DNA from: Camelus dromedarius
Lineage: Eukaryota
Direction of reading: 5' to 3'
DNA length: 64,000 nucleotides
Assembly (NCBI RefSeq): GCF_036321535.1
Contig: NC_087439.1
Location: 15,190,001 to 15,254,000 of the forward strand
Shown here: piece after piece, positions 1-13,335 of the stretch
Layout of the letters: each line of letters starts with the position of its first letter
Numbering within the stretch: position 1 is the first letter of the stretch
Made by a program: the position numbers and the translations under genes
Notes under the pieces: generated by a model
The model's input: only the letters and a program-made list of their open reading frames with translations
Database searches by the model: none
What the model was told of the DNA's origin: nothing

Positions 1-109
1 GATGTAGTTATAAAAAGTATCATAAGGAAACAATAGTTCCTCATCAGCATGTGTGTGTATTTTAGTTATATTCCAAATAAATAAATGTAATCATGGGGAT
101 ATGATACTT

Positions 110-315
110 ACTAGCATTTATTGAGCACTTATGATGTACCAGAAGCTGCTCTAAGGACTTCTCACATATTAATCATCTGAACAATTTTTTAAAGTATGTA
201 CAATTGTCATGCTTATTTTACACAGCAGTTAAAGAACTTGCACAAGGTCACACAGCTAACAAATGACAGAGTCAGGATTTGACCTCAGTCCACCTGGCTC
301 CAGGGCCTCAGACAT
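110..315 (-). mobile_element. MIR SINE fragment
   Basis: 'catttattgagcacttatgatgtaccag...cacaaggtcacacagctaac...gacagagtcaggatttgacctcag' resembles the reverse complement of the MIR core. Confidence 0.75.
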
Positions 316-2329
316 CACATAATAGGTCACAGATGTGGAAAAGTCTACTTCAGTTTGTTATCTTATCTTCATGACATTATCCTAATAGCAATTTAAAATC
401 TGTTTACACTACTCAAGAATCATGTATGACTTCACTATGATGAGTTCCTAATGTACTTAGCCATAGAGCAATCAGGATTTTAATATAAATTATTCCCATC
501 TAGTATAATACGAATGTATTACTAATCATGACATATCACCAACACAGCATTTTTTAAAATGAATGGTTTCAGCCCAGAGTAGTAAAATATATTTCACTTA
601 TGCCTATATTTGAGGAAGATTTTTAAAACTGACAGAGACAGGCAGTAACCAGACAGAACAAATGCCTGCAGGCAACCAGCACGACTGTTCTGGAACATGC
701 CAGCCAGATGTTACCCAGCTTTGAAATATTGTAACAACACTCAAACTTCACATATACATCATCAGACTTCATATACATGTCATTGAACCCAATGTATAAG
801 CAGCACCTTGTTTTTTTTATCACAATGGAACTCTTTTGAAGGGTAAACAGTAGAACTTGTTTTTGACTTTAGCCATAAAGGGAGGTGTTTCTGGGTTATC
901 GAAAGCTTTTTCAAATAGATGGATAAATGAATACAATCATTTGAGTCTAAAATGCAAGTACAAAGAATACATGCTAGTCATCTGCCAAGTCCCCACAACA
1001 CATCCTCAAACTAGTTGGCTCATCTGGGCAACAATTTCCTCAAAAAACACAACAGACAATAAATGTAGTGATTGCTTTTTGGCTACAGCAAAATCATGAA
1101 TGGCAATACCTCTGAGTAGTGAACATCCTGATATCTGTCATTCTCTCCCACCGCCCCCTACACACACATCTTGCGTCCCAGGCATACTGGAAAGAGTTGA
1201 CCTTGATCTTCTGACATGTGTCCATTCACTCATTCAGAGTTTTCTCTATGCCAGTATTTTTTTTTCAAATCTACTTATCAAAAATCCTATCATTCATCAA
1301 GATACTTTCCAAATCTGAACTTTTCCAAGACCTTGATGATGTCAGAAATACTCTTCTTCATTTGAGCTTTTTTTCCTTAAGCCACTCATTTCACATTATT
1401 TTATATTATAACTATTTTGCAATTGAACTAGAAATCTTCCAAGTCAGCATGTACACTCCAAGAAGTCAAAGAAAATATTATCTATGCCTTTTGTCACACA
1501 GAAACTTACTCATTAAAATTCAAAGACTGAATGAGTTCTACCTAAGTAATTGAGTAGTGACTACCAATTCTTATGCTATTTGCAAAAGGATGCATTCTGT
1601 CTCCCCAAACAGATCGTGCATTCTTCAAGAATAGTGACTATGACTTCAACTTCTCTTCTAGCTTTTACTCCACATACAAACAAGTGCCTAGTTTAGGACT
1701 CTGTATAAAAAGAAGTGAATTATGGCACTCAACTGGCCTTGAACAACAAACAAGAAATCAATTTCATGACTTAGTCACAAGAGAAGAAAATGCCTTCACA
1801 GATCATACATGTTACGGAACACTGAAAATGCACACATTTTTCTTAATGTTAATTTTTTAAGTTTCAGAAATCACATTTTTGTAATGTCAACCATCACAGA
1901 AAGTAGCATTGGTGATTTTTTTTGAAAAATATAAAAATATTCTACCATATGCCATGAATATAAAGTGATGCATGATTTTTCAATTTCTTAGGAGCCTCAG
2001 TAAAAACAATGAAATGGGAAACCGAAAATTCACAATTGGAATATATACTCGGATTCAGTATAACTGAAAAGAAGTTTATGATAAAAGGATCAGTTCAAGG
2101 TAGACTAAAGCCAACCAAAAATCAGAGCTGGAACTAGTAATAACTATTTTCATTCTAAAAGTTTCACTGATACCTCTAGACTTCAAAAAATTTACTTTGA
2201 ATAGTATTATGAAGACAGTACTATGTTGGCTGGTTTTACCTAGAGAGTATTCCTTAGGGAAAAAGAGAATAAGAACCACAGAATAAAATACCATTAAAAT
2301 GACTAAGCAAGTAATTTGAGAAAAAGAGC

Positions 2330-2560
2330 CCTAGGCTAGAACACAGAGGGTCTGTATTCACATTCTGTTGTATCCACTCAGTTATGTAACTGTGAATAAA
2401 ACACTTTACCTTACTAAATCTCAGTCCCATCTCTAAAACAGAAATATTAACAATATTCTACCTTCCTTACAGTTTGCTTTTATGATCAACTTACATAACG
2501 TTTGAAAAATCACACTGCAGATTATCAAATGTAAAAATGTAAGATGCTAGAATTCTAAAA
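2330..2560 (+). mobile_element. MIR SINE, degraded
   Basis: MIR-like order of motifs: 'gttatgtaactgtg...tctcagtcccatctctaaaacagaaatattaacaat...ataacgtttgaaaaa'. Confidence 0.6.
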
Positions 2561-3869
2561 CAATAAATGAAAATAAAGAAGACTGCAACCACATTCTCTA
2601 AACAAAAGAAAATGTCCCATTTGTTCTACCAAAGCATTTTCTGCTTTAAGTTATATTGGAAATGTAAGCACACTTGAGTTGACAATAAATTGCATAATTT
2701 AAGAAAATGAAATTTAGTTTAAATCAGAGCTGCTCTGGAAAATCATGAACACAGGTGGGTATGTGTGGACATGGAGATGACAGAATCTGGAGAGAGAAGC
2801 TGACAGTAGGTAGAGGTGTCCTCACGTGTTTGGCGATAGATACCACTCAAGTCCCACTTCTTCCATGAGGGTTCCCCCAGCGGCCTCCACCCCCACCGCA
2901 ATGACCTTAAACTAACCCTCTTATTGCACATGCTCCTCCTTGCTACTGCTTGGTCATGCCTCCTCAAAACACACTGTACCATCCTTTCGAGCCACTGCCA
3001 TGACTAGTCCCTCTGCATGACTCCCAGCACCTGGCAGAGGGCTGGACTTGCTCTTGCTCAGCAGATGCTTGCTTATTAATATATTATTTTCTACAAAGCT
3101 GTATCTATTCTCCTAACTGGGCCCTGTGTCTCCACGGAGAAGCAATACGAGGAAGAAAGGCTTGATTTGTGGAAGGATTAAACAAAGAAAACTCCTGATT
3201 GTATAATCTGCTGCTTCATCCATGTTACCTTTGCTGTGGAAATCTTTAACAATTAGTCGGTCATTAATCCAACCCTGATCCTCAGAGCATGAGCTCACCA
3301 GGAGACACAAGCAAGAGAAAGCCAGGTCCTCAACCCTGTCACTGCTTAGCTGTGGCCAAGTGGGAAGGGCTCACCTCTCCCAGACCTTAGTGCTCCGCCT
3401 ACAAAATAAAGCAGTTGGATCAGATGCTTTCCAAGAACCCCGTGTCATTCTAAACTTAATAAAAGTATGGCATTGAAAGAGGTGGCTTCCTGGATCCTGG
3501 CTGGTGATTCAGTAAATACACTTGGATCATGAGCAGCAATTGGGTTAAGTGGTATGGCGGCAGATCTTGGTGGAAAACTGAAAAAAGAAAGAGACTTTGT
3601 TTCCAACTGTGGCTGCTTTTTCTTCCCTAAAACGTGACTGTGGTAGGGAAGCAGGCAGTCAAGAGGAGCACAGATGACTGCACAGATCTCTCATTACAGA
3701 AGGAGGAAACAGAGCCCTGGATACTTGCAAATTGTACATGCATAGTAATAGGCTTCATGAAAAACAAAAATTACATCAAATTGCTCTTCAAAAAGAAATT
3801 CACCTTTCTGAACAAATACAGCCTGGGGTATTCTCAGAGTTCAGGAAAGGGCAGAATTGAGGTTACATT

Positions 3870-4009
3870 NNNNNNNNNNNNNNNNNNNNNNNNNNNNNNN
3901 NNNNNNNNNNNNNNNNNNNNNNNNNNNNNNNNNNNNNNNNNNNNNNNNNNNNNNNNNNNNNNNNNNNNNNNNNNNNNNNNNNNNNNNNNNNNNNNNNNNN
4001 NNNNNNNNN
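3870..4009. other. Assembly gap (140 N)
   Basis: Run of N. Confidence 1.
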
Positions 4010-4654
4010 AGTTCTATTACTATAATTTCTGTATCTATAATTTGGGGCCTTGTTGTTATTTTAAGATAACAGTGAAAAGTAGCTTCAAAGAAATAGTTCT
4101 TATGACCACATCTCCATGCTGAGACAGTTAACTACCATCATGTTTTCTCAGCAAAAACTCCCCCAATTATCCATTTATCAATCACAGATTCAACTTAATT
4201 TCCACTTTTCACTCCTCTCTCCCTGCTTGTCCAATGCCCACCTATCCTTTAAGGCCCAGATCTAGGAAGCATGTCCTGCTTACTCCAGGCCACAGGGATC
4301 TCCCCTTCTCCAGCTCGTTCAGACTTAGGCTGTACCAGAGAATTTAGCATTTTACTGTATACTTTGAATTCTATTGCTCTGTAACAATTTCATAAAACTG
4401 AACAGAAGTTGCTCCAACTATATTATGATTTCTTTGAGACTTTACAAGCATGACTTCTTAGGTAGGAATCCGTGACAGATGCTTAATATCTGTGGAAGAA
4501 AAGGAAAGAAAAAAGGGAGGGAGAGAGGTAACTAACAAACACTTGTTGCTTAACTGATGATGCTGAAGAGTGCCTGGTAGGACCTCATGACACGGGTGCA
4601 CAAACAAAGAAATTCTTTTGATAAAATAACAGCTGGCCCCTGAAGAAATGTAAC

Positions 4655-5330
4655 GTGATATAGCATCTAAGAGGGAGGGCTCCAGAGTCAGAATCCCTGG
4701 ATTTCATGGATGGACCTAGAGATGATCATACTGAGTGAAGTGAGTTAGACAGAGAAAGACAAATATCATATGATATCACTTATACGTGGAATCTAAAAAT
4801 AAAATGATACGAATTCTATTTACAAACCCAAAACAGACTCACAGACATAGAAAACAAACTATGGTTACCAAAGGGGAAAGGGTAGGGGAGGGATAAATTA
4901 GGGGTTGGGGATTAACAGACACACATTACTATATATAGATAAACAACAAGGACCTACTGTAGAGCACAGGGAACTGTATTCAATTTCTTGTAATAACATA
5001 TAATGGAAAAGAATCTGAAAAGAAAAAATATATATGTATGTGTATGTATAACTGAATCACTTTGCTGTACACCTGAAACTAACATTGTAAATCAACTGCA
5101 CTTCAATAAAAAAATTTTTAAAAAAAGAATTCCTGGGTTTGAGTTCTGCCTGCCCACCTTCCTAAGACTGTTATCTGCTTGTGCCTCAGTTTCTATAAGG
5201 TCTACAAAACAAGGATAGCAGCTGTATTAATTTCACAGCATGTTGAGAAGATTAAATAAACTGACACATAGAAAGAACCTAGCATGTGCCTATTATGTAG
5301 TGAGCATTCCATAAATGATATTGTTATTAT
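4655..5330 (+). mobile_element. MIR interrupted by an L1 insertion
   Basis: MIR head 'ctccagagtcagaat' resumes after the L1 as 'cctgggtttgagttctgcc...gtgcctcagtttct...gagaagattaaataa'. Confidence 0.7.
4701..5125 (+). mobile_element. 5'-truncated L1 3' end, cetartiodactyl type
   Basis: 'atggatggacctagagatgatcatactgagtgaagt...gctgtacacctgaaactaac...caataaaaaaa'. Target-site duplication agaatccctgg (4690-4700) / agaattcctgg (5126-5136). Confidence 0.92.
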
Positions 5331-5726
5331 CATTTTGCTTTGGATTAATAGCAATTCTCCTAGTGATATGGGGATCAGAATCAATTGTTTTGCTATAGAC
5401 AGACCAACTGACAAAAAACAAAACAGAAACAGATGAGGCTTATAGCTAAAAAGAGAGAAAAATAATAAAACTAGTGGGTTTTGAAATTAACATAAGAAAT
5501 GCTTAAAGAATGTATTGATATATTAGAAGGAGACCCATGGAGGCAGGATTTCTGGATATTAAAAAAAAGATTGGTAAAAAAGCTTAGTGTCTAAGGACTG
5601 TATGAGAAAGAAAGGCCTTAGGAGTCATCAGAGTTGACCTGGACTAAGCTAAGAAAAGCCAATTATTTCTTTCAAGCCAAACAGAGCTAAGTTCCAAATC
5701 TGTACTGATGAATTGCATCAAAGATG

Positions 5727-6133
5727 CACTAGTTAGGACATACTAGGTTATGCTACAGTGACAAATATCCCCCAAATCTCAATGACTTAACGCAACAAAT
5801 TTTACATCTCTTCCATACTATGTGCCTACACTGATCAGCAGGGGGCAGAGGACTCTGTTCGTCACAATTACTCAGGGACTCAGGTTGCCAAAAGCTCCAA
5901 CGCCTTCCGATACCACTGTCTCAAAACAATGTTTCATGGCTTTCCACAGAAGAGAATGAAAAAATGGAAGCTTGTACATCTTCACATAAGGGCTTGTGTA
6001 AGGAAGTAGCACGTTACTCTCACTCACATCTCATTGTCCATGGCAAGTCACATGCTCATGCCTAAGCTCAAGGAGTTATGTTCTCAGGAGGAAAGAAGTA
6101 CAAATTTGGATGAGCCCTAGAAAAGTCTAGCAC
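5727..6133 (-). mobile_element. MaLR LTR (MLT1J/K/L-like)
   Basis: 'agttagga...ggttatgctacagtgacaaat...aaatctcaatgacttaac' is the reverse complement of an old MLT1 3' end. Confidence 0.7.
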
Positions 6134-6599
6134 TAGTAAAATATGCACAGCGGATTCCTCTTACTCTGAATAGCCGAGTAGCTGAATGGTATGTATGATA
6201 TGATGTGATACGATATGACATGATATATATGACATGAACATGTGATATAGTATAATATTAGCCATTCTACTGAACACCAGTACATGCTAGACACAGATAC
6301 CCTGGTGCTCAGTAAAGGATAGTGATCATCATTGTCATCATCATTATTCTTACTTCCACTCCACAGATGAAGAAAATAAATTAAAAAAGATTAAGAAACA
6401 TGCAAGGCCATATAGGCTATATGATATTGATCTCCTACCTGTCTTTCTATTAGAGCATTTTATCTCCTCTCAAAAGCTTTAGTGTGGCCCTAGCTTATAT
6501 TTCCAAGGATATTTCCCACTCATCCCCTTGTTGCAAACAATTTAACCAAACTCCTCTTTTATTCTTCGCAATGTCTCTCTTTTGGCTTCTGCTCACTTA

Positions 6600-6870
6600 T
6601 TTCCTGCACTTGGAAAGACGTCTTCCTCCTTTTCATACTTTTAAGTTATATCAGTCCTTCAGTGTGTACTCAAAAGAACCATTTCTTCCATGAAACGTTT
6701 TCCCATTCCCTCCAAATTATTTGCCTTCCCTTCTTCTTATTTACTGTAATTCCTTATCATTGCCTATACCAGTATTGTATTTATGTCTTACTTCACCCAC
6801 CTTACTGTGAGATCCATGAAGGCAGGACTTGCATCTGTGTCTTCTAAATGTGTATCAATCTTACTGCACA
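6600..6870 (+). mobile_element. L2 3' fragment
   Basis: 'ctgtgagatccatgaaggcaggacttgcatctgtgtc' is the typical L2 3' motif. Confidence 0.65.
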
Positions 6871-9288
6871 GACAGATGTGTTGTGTCATGGAAATTTGTT
6901 TTCTTGAAATTGCAATAGATCTGATTCTGACACTTCACCCCACCCTCATGATTGGTCTGGTATGAAATTCAATAGTGACCATTATTCAGACCCTTCCTCC
7001 CTAGAGCCCTGTGAATGTCCCAGGCATGAGGAAGACATTCCTGGAAGGTCTTTGTTTTGGGTTCCCGGCAGTCACTGCAGCCATGTACATAGTCCCTTGA
7101 AGTCCAGCTCTGTCCAGGACAGGATCTGGGAGTTCTAAACCTGCCCTTCTGGAAGACAGATCAAGCAACCATCCCCTTGCTGCCCCACTCTCAGCATCCA
7201 AGCTCCCGTCTCCTTTCCAGATTATGGAGAAGGATGTGACTATAGGGACCAAAGGCCATGTAGACACTCCCTAACTCTTGGAAATCACCTTTGCTCTGTT
7301 GTATGGCTTTGCTTTCTCTCACCTCCCCAACCCCTGAGATAATCCCCTGCTCCAGCTTTTAGAACTGCAAACCCAAGAAAAAACACTCTGCAAGCAACCT
7401 CCACTGTCTTCCCTGCAACCATATCCCCTCTGAGGCATAGGAGGTCAAAACACTGCCTACTCCTTGGAATGCTGACAGAAAAAAATACATAAAAACAAAA
7501 TATCAATAAATAACCCAATTACACAAGCTCTGAGTGTTGATCTGCACAAAGGAGGCTTTCTCCACTTGATTAAAGGCATGGATGATGGGAAGGTAATCCA
7601 GGAAATGCAACAAAATGATTCAATTAAATGAGCCAGTATGAAAGCTGTTAATACACTTACTCCTGGGGCTGGCAATGGTATTATGTGAAATGCTGTACAA
7701 CACTGGTGACTGGCCTATAGTCACCCAGAAATTTTAAATGGCAGAATCCTATTTAATGGGACCAATCAATAAAAGTGAGTTTTGAAGGGTTGTTTATGAC
7801 TGAAATAAATAAATGTTGACAGTTGCTTCAATAAAATCTATATTGATTTCTTTTGTTTAAAATAAAACCTTTGACATATGAGCTCACAGATATGACATAT
7901 TTGCCATCAACTCTGCATTTCCAAGGATGTTCCAGTTTGATATTTTCTGGGCCTGGAGTCCATGGACTTAAAGAGATCTGCAAAACCCCTGGAATTATGT
8001 ATGCTGTTGCATATGTATCTACTTCTGAGGAGGGAGTCCAAGGGTTTCATCAGATTGTCACAGGAGTATGTAGTCCATAAAAGGCACTGTCCAACATATA
8101 CACACATGTCTAAATCCCCTCATCATTTTTTTTCTAAGTAAGTTAAAAAAAAATCAGAAAATTACCAAACAGCCTTAAAATAGACACATGATTTTGAAGC
8201 GTTCCATTTAAGAGTCACCTATAATGACACTATGCCTTTTTCTGCAACCTTCGTCCAAGTGAGAATTCCAAATCCTTGGAGTTATCGTATAAAAGGATGT
8301 GTAGTACATAATTCTAAGTGGAAATAAGGAGATGGGGACATAAAGAAGCCTTAGGCTCAAATAGATGTGAGAGCCTCTGCAAGTCAAGGTCACTTCACTC
8401 CTGTAAATCAGGGGAAATCCTTTGGAGATAGAGGGTCAATGCCAGACCATCAGCCACTAGTAAGCTCGCTGCATGGCTGATAGAGTGCCCTCCAACATCA
8501 GAAACAAGATTGAGGTGGCGTGAAAGGTTGACAAAATGTTTACACCTCGTCAAAGAAAGCAAGTTGAAAGCTAGTTGTTAAATGGCACCTGCTCCTACTA
8601 AAGGAACCATTTCTCCCTCAGTGGAAATGGAGGAAAGTTGGGGAAGACCCCAGCCCAAATGACCCCCACTTTTTACTTTAAAGGGAGCATGTAACTTCTT
8701 GGGTCCATGTCTCTGTGGTCCCTAGATAGGAGTCCTCAGTTTATTTTCTGCAGGGACACATCTGTTGAGGAATATTAAAGCATAAGCTTCCTGAGAACAG
8801 GCATAACAATAACAGTGACTAATATATTATCTCATGGAATCCTCGTAAAAACTAAGAGGATACCACTATTATCCCGTTATACAGATGAGGAAGCTGAGGC
8901 AGAGATGTTAATTAATTTCCTATACATTCCTCCTCCAGCACTTTGTCCTCAACATCAAGTACAGTGGTTTTCAAGTAATCAGGGTTCAGTTATTTGTCAA
9001 AGTGAGGTTCCTACATGATTTTGCTGACACATCATCTCTAATTCCATCCTGTTTTCCTTCTATCAAAGGAGGCATGTAAGAGGGAGATTCTTCTAAGAAA
9101 AAAATGGGATTTTTGCCTCCACAAATTTAGACTGTGTTCTCAAACTTTAATACTCTCATGTTCTACCAATTATTAGTAACCAGCATCTTATAAAATCTTA
9201 TTTGAGAGAACAGAGGCTGGGTTCCCTATTCAATGACTCCCCAGCATCGGCTACAAGGGAAGGATGCAGCTGAAATGATATAACAGAA

Positions 9289-9887
9289 TGTACTGGTTCT
9301 CCATCACCATCCCTTCTCTCTTATTCCCAGAGTCCCAGAGTATAGGGACCATGGCTGCCCACCAACGGTCTACATTTTCAGGGCTCCCTTGCACGGGTGT
9401 GGCCATGTAACTAACTTCCAACTGGTGAAATATGAGCAGATGTACTGCTGCCACTTTCAGGCCTGGTCCTGGAAACCTTGCACGTGGTTTCCGCCACACT
9501 GGCCCCTCCGTGGAAGCTGAAGCACCCGAGCTCAGGCAAGTGAAGAGGACGATGTCTCCCAGCCTTGCTACTCTCAGACTTTACCAGAAACACAGGCCCT
9601 TGGGCCCCATCTCACAAGAGGAACCAGCATTTAACGAGCTCCACAAGTGGCCCATCTGCATGCTGGAGTCTGAGGAGCACTAAACTAGGGGATGTTAGAG
9701 ACATCAGCTGAAAAGAGGCCTGAGGACTCCTCTCAGAAGGGTCTCTGAAGCCGAGCTGCCCAGCAACCTGGCCCATCCACCCCGGACTGTTCCATCAGAG
9801 AGAAACCAATCTCTACCTTTTTTAAGCCACCGAACTATTGTTGTTGAATCTCTCTGTAAAAGAAGCCTAGCCTCAGTGACTAATACA
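9289..9887 (+). mobile_element. MaLR LTR (MLT1F-like)
   Basis: TG...CA ends ('tgtactgg'...'gactaataca'), with internal 'gggtgtggccatgtaactaacttcc' and 'ttttaagccac'. Confidence 0.7.
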
Positions 9888-10879
9888 GTGAGGAAACAGT
9901 CTACTGGGTGAGTTTTTCTCTGTTAAGAGACCTACAGAGAAAACCTTTGAGGAAAGAATAAGGACAAGCTCCAGAGGGACTTCAACCCTTTATTGTGCTC
10001 ATGAAGGACATTACTATAAGCATGTCTTTTATTCTACAACCCAGATGTCAGGAAGCATTCCTTATCCCTTTCAGATCTGGTGAAGACTGACTCAAACCTC
10101 GTTTCCAAGACTTAGTGGGAGCCCAGAACTGTCTCTCTAGCTTTGGTGAATCCCCCAGGAATTCCTGTCCCCCATCTCTCTCAGCCTTTGAGTGCCTGCA
10201 TCACCACGCACTGTGCTGGTTTCATTTCATATCAACCTAGAGGTGAAGCTCAGTTCCTCCCATAACCGCCTATAAAACCACCCTTCCCTGGGGACCCCAC
10301 AAGTTTAGACTCATTGTTAAAGATTTAGGACGGGACACAGAGAAGTCCTATATGGCCTTAGTCATCTCTCTGGATCTCCCTCTGCCTCCTCCCCACTTCC
10401 TCCCCTGGTGTAACAAGAACCATTTCAGCTGAGGAGGCAGAGGACGAAAGAGACGGAATAAAATATCAGACTATCAGGAGAGAGAAATCCACTAGCCTAA
10501 AGTCTGAAAATGGCTTTGTCTGCTGCTTTCCCACAGTCTGTAGTCAAGGAGCTGGGGCATATCTTATCCTCAGTGAATGTCTGTACCGTCATTTGATCAC
10601 CTTTCATTATAAATCCACCACATGCAGGCACTTTCCTAGGCACAGAGGACACCAGAGTCAGAAGACTCATGTGAACCCTGACCTCAAGCAGGTGAACGTC
10701 TACTGAGGAAACTAGCTCATAAGTCAATGATTATGAAATGCTGGGGTTACAGTCTGATTGTGATCTATACCAGGTCCAAGGTAGGTGACAGCTGCATGTT
10801 GGTGCCCCAGGAGGGGTGAGGAAAGGCCTTCCACGATGACTGTCACTCAGGCTGTCACTTGAGGCAGGCAAGGGCAATC

Positions 10880-11410
10880 AGGAGAGCATTCCAAAGCCTA
10901 CAATTGCATATCCACATGGCTCAAGAGCACGGTCTCCTCAGGACCAGCTAGTAACAGTCAAGGGCATGTGGTTGAGGAAGGAGAAGCCTGGGGAGGGAGA
11001 GGGGTGAGAAACGAAACTGGGCAGGTGAGCAGGGCCCGATGACTACAGGTGTTTACACACACAAGGGACTGAACTTGATCTAGATGCTTACCTGTTTTTG
11101 TGCCATGGATCCTTTGGAAATTTGATGAAATCTATGGATGCCTTTTCCAAAAAAAATGTTTTCATAAGTGTAAAATGCGATGCAGAAGGTTACAAAGGAA
11201 CTCAAGTGTATTAGGATACAATTCTATCCTGGTGAACACCCCAGGTTAAGAACATCTGAAGGTGATGAGGTACTAGAGAGCAGAGAGGGAACATGATCTG
11301 ATTTTCGCTTCAGAAATAGCAGTCAAGAGCTGGGTGGAGGTGCAGTGGAGGGAGAAGAGACTAGAAGTTGAAGGACCAGTCTGGCAGCTATTAGATTAAC
11401 CCAAGCAAGA
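10880..11410 (-). mobile_element. L2 fragment interrupted by a hAT MITE
   Basis: 'aaactgggcaggtgagcagggcc' and 'gagggaacatgatctgattttcgcttcagaaa' are antisense L2 motifs on either side of the MITE. Confidence 0.6.
11081..11258. mobile_element. hAT-Charlie MITE (MER103/Charlie4z-like)
   Basis: Degenerate terminal inverted repeats (tagatgcttacctg / ccaggttaagaacatctg), internal 'tttgtgccatggatcctttgg...gatgaaatctatgga'. Related decayed copies near 49145-49310 and 61180-61330. Confidence 0.6.
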
Positions 11411-11439
11411 AGGTCTTGGTGAAAAGACCATTGTGACTA

Positions 11440-11440
11440 G

Positions 11441-11472
<32 letters not shown>
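11440..11472. repeat. (GTT)11 microsatellite
   Basis: Direct reading. Confidence 0.98.
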
Positions 11473-12283
11473 ATCATCATTTACATCATCCTTCTTAACC
11501 AGTGGCTTTTACTTCTAGAAAGCCCAGCACTTCATTAATATTAAATATTTTGTAAAACACATTTTAGCATCCTGAGACAAAATTTAACGACAATATAACC
11601 TACCTATACACCTTTCCTACACCTTTAGGAAAAAAGAAATTTAAACTTTGAGTAAGATCACGTCTTTCAAAAATGCCACTGCTCAGCCACAACTAGACTA
11701 GAAGATGTAGTGAAGGAGTCAGCACCAGACCCAGAATCACCATGAGGGTGACAGCTCTAAACGCTGAGCCATACAAATGTGCTAAGTCAGCAACTTAAAT
11801 TCCTCCATGACCACTGCCAGTGTGAGTTTCCCAAAATTCTGAACAATTCAAATTCCAAAACAAGACAAAATGCAATCTTCTGTCCATTTTCCTACCAGTC
11901 ACATTCCTTGAAAAGTTAATGTGTATTAAAACTACTCAAAAACCCTTGGTGTTCAAAAGCACAATGAAGTTAAGTTCCAGCTTCTGATCGCTGTCATCAG
12001 ATCTTCCATCTATATAAATGACTGGTATGACATCTGAAAAACTCATAGTTTGGGGATCAATTTATTGAGGTACTTCACTGCCTCATGCATTACAAGATGT
12101 CTGACATCCCCGGGCCTAGTCCATTTTTATTGTGAAATCCAAAAATATTCCTCAAAAAAGTCATGAAATACTGTATTAAACAATACCATTGAATCTAAAA
12201 TAGCAAACCAGCACTGGGCTTGTGTGTGTCTGTGTGTGTGTATGTCTGTGTGTGTTTGTGTGTTGTTGGGGGAAGAAGAGAAA

Positions 12284-12312
12284 GAATGGAATGGAATGGA
12301 ATGGAATGGAAT
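12284..12312. repeat. (GAATG)n pentanucleotide repeat, nearly 6 units
   Basis: Direct reading; lies next to a TG-rich tract at 12220-12265. Confidence 0.95.
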
Positions 12313-12784
12313 ATGAGAACTAAGAGAAACTGCCAACTTCATGATATTTTTTGAGTCCCGTTTCCAAAGAGGCAAAGGATAAGGGTGCTTCTGAGAGCCC
12401 CTAGACTTTGACAAACTCTCTCTCCAACAATATCCAGATTTTGTTAGCACCTGAACTTAAAAAAAAAAATACATTTGCTCCACCAGCCTCTTCAACTGCA
12501 CCAAAGAGGGGAGTTACCCTTTGACCCCTGAAGATATTTGCTAATGACCTGCAGCATAAGATTGGATGACTTTTCTCATTACTGCATGACTACATTGCAA
12601 ATGTTATTGCCAGCCAGCCGATTATACAAGCATAAAGAGAAAGTAATTAGCACAATCACTTTATATAGAGTAAATTTTAGTACAGCCGGTTTGTCAGAGA
12701 TGCAATTTCATGGGATCACAGCCATGCATTAATGGAGTTATGGGAAACTGTTAATTTGTTAGTTGAAATGAAGTCCTTATCTCT

Positions 12785-12860
12785 GGTCAGTTAGCTCAGT
12801 TAGTTAGTGCCTGGTGCTAAGGAGGCCAAGGGCATGGGTTTGCCTCCTCTGCTGTCCAGT
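12785..12860 (+). pseudogene. Decayed tRNA-Ile(AAT)-derived sequence, probably the head of an ancient MamSINE1-type SINE
   Basis: 'ggtcagttagctcagttagttagtgcctggtgctaaggaggccaagggcatgggtttg' aligns by eye to tRNA-Ile(AAT) GGCCGGTTAGCTCAGTTGGTTAGAGCGTGGTGCTAATAACGCCAAGGTCGCGGGTTCG. The anticodon loop, T-arm and acceptor stem are broken. Confidence 0.75.
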
Positions 12861-13009
12861 TTGACTTTGTAAGGTTGAACTGCTGACTGGCACTCCCAGC
12901 TGGCCAGTTCATGTGGGAGGCTGTTAATTCCAAGCAGAATCATTTCCAGGGTTCCATGAGCATAGATGACTCAGGAAAATTTACTGGAAGAATTTAAATT
13001 CAAAATGCA

Positions 13010-13335
13010 TGTACAAAAAGAGCAACAGAAAGGCTCCTTGTGGGGATGGAGCTGTTCTGCATTTTGGCTGTGGTAGTGGATACATAAACCTACCATGTGA
13101 TAAAATTCTACAGAGCAAAATACACACAGATACATGCATACAACCCACACACAAATGAGTACAAGTAACACTGGGGAACTCTGAGTAGGTTTGGTGGATT
13201 TGCATCAAAGTCAATACCTTAGTTATGATATTGTCCTAAAGTTTTCTGCAAAATGTTACATTAAGGGAACAAGAGATCTCTCTATATTATTTCTTAAAAC
13301 CGCACGTGAAATCTATAATTATATCAATAAATTTT
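13010..13335 (+). mobile_element. Old L1 3'UTR (L1MC/L1MD-like)
   Basis: 'ccttgtggggatggagctgttctgcattttggctgtggtagtggatac...tctctatattatttcttaaaaccgcacgtgaaatctataattatatcaataaa'. Confidence 0.8.

Noticed and set aside
623-1553. Cluster of short ORFs at the window start
   Set aside because: AT-rich sequence partly derived from L2 or other decayed repeats, with no consistent frame or recognisable protein.
3634-4122. ORFs spanning N-gaps (also at 18.5-18.9 kb and 22.6-22.9 kb)
   Set aside because: They are artefacts of N bases not producing stop codons.
7038-7046. Perfect STAT site TTCCTGGAA, and similar lone NF-kB/ERR-like motifs near 8.4 kb
   Set aside because: Isolated short motifs with no supporting context.
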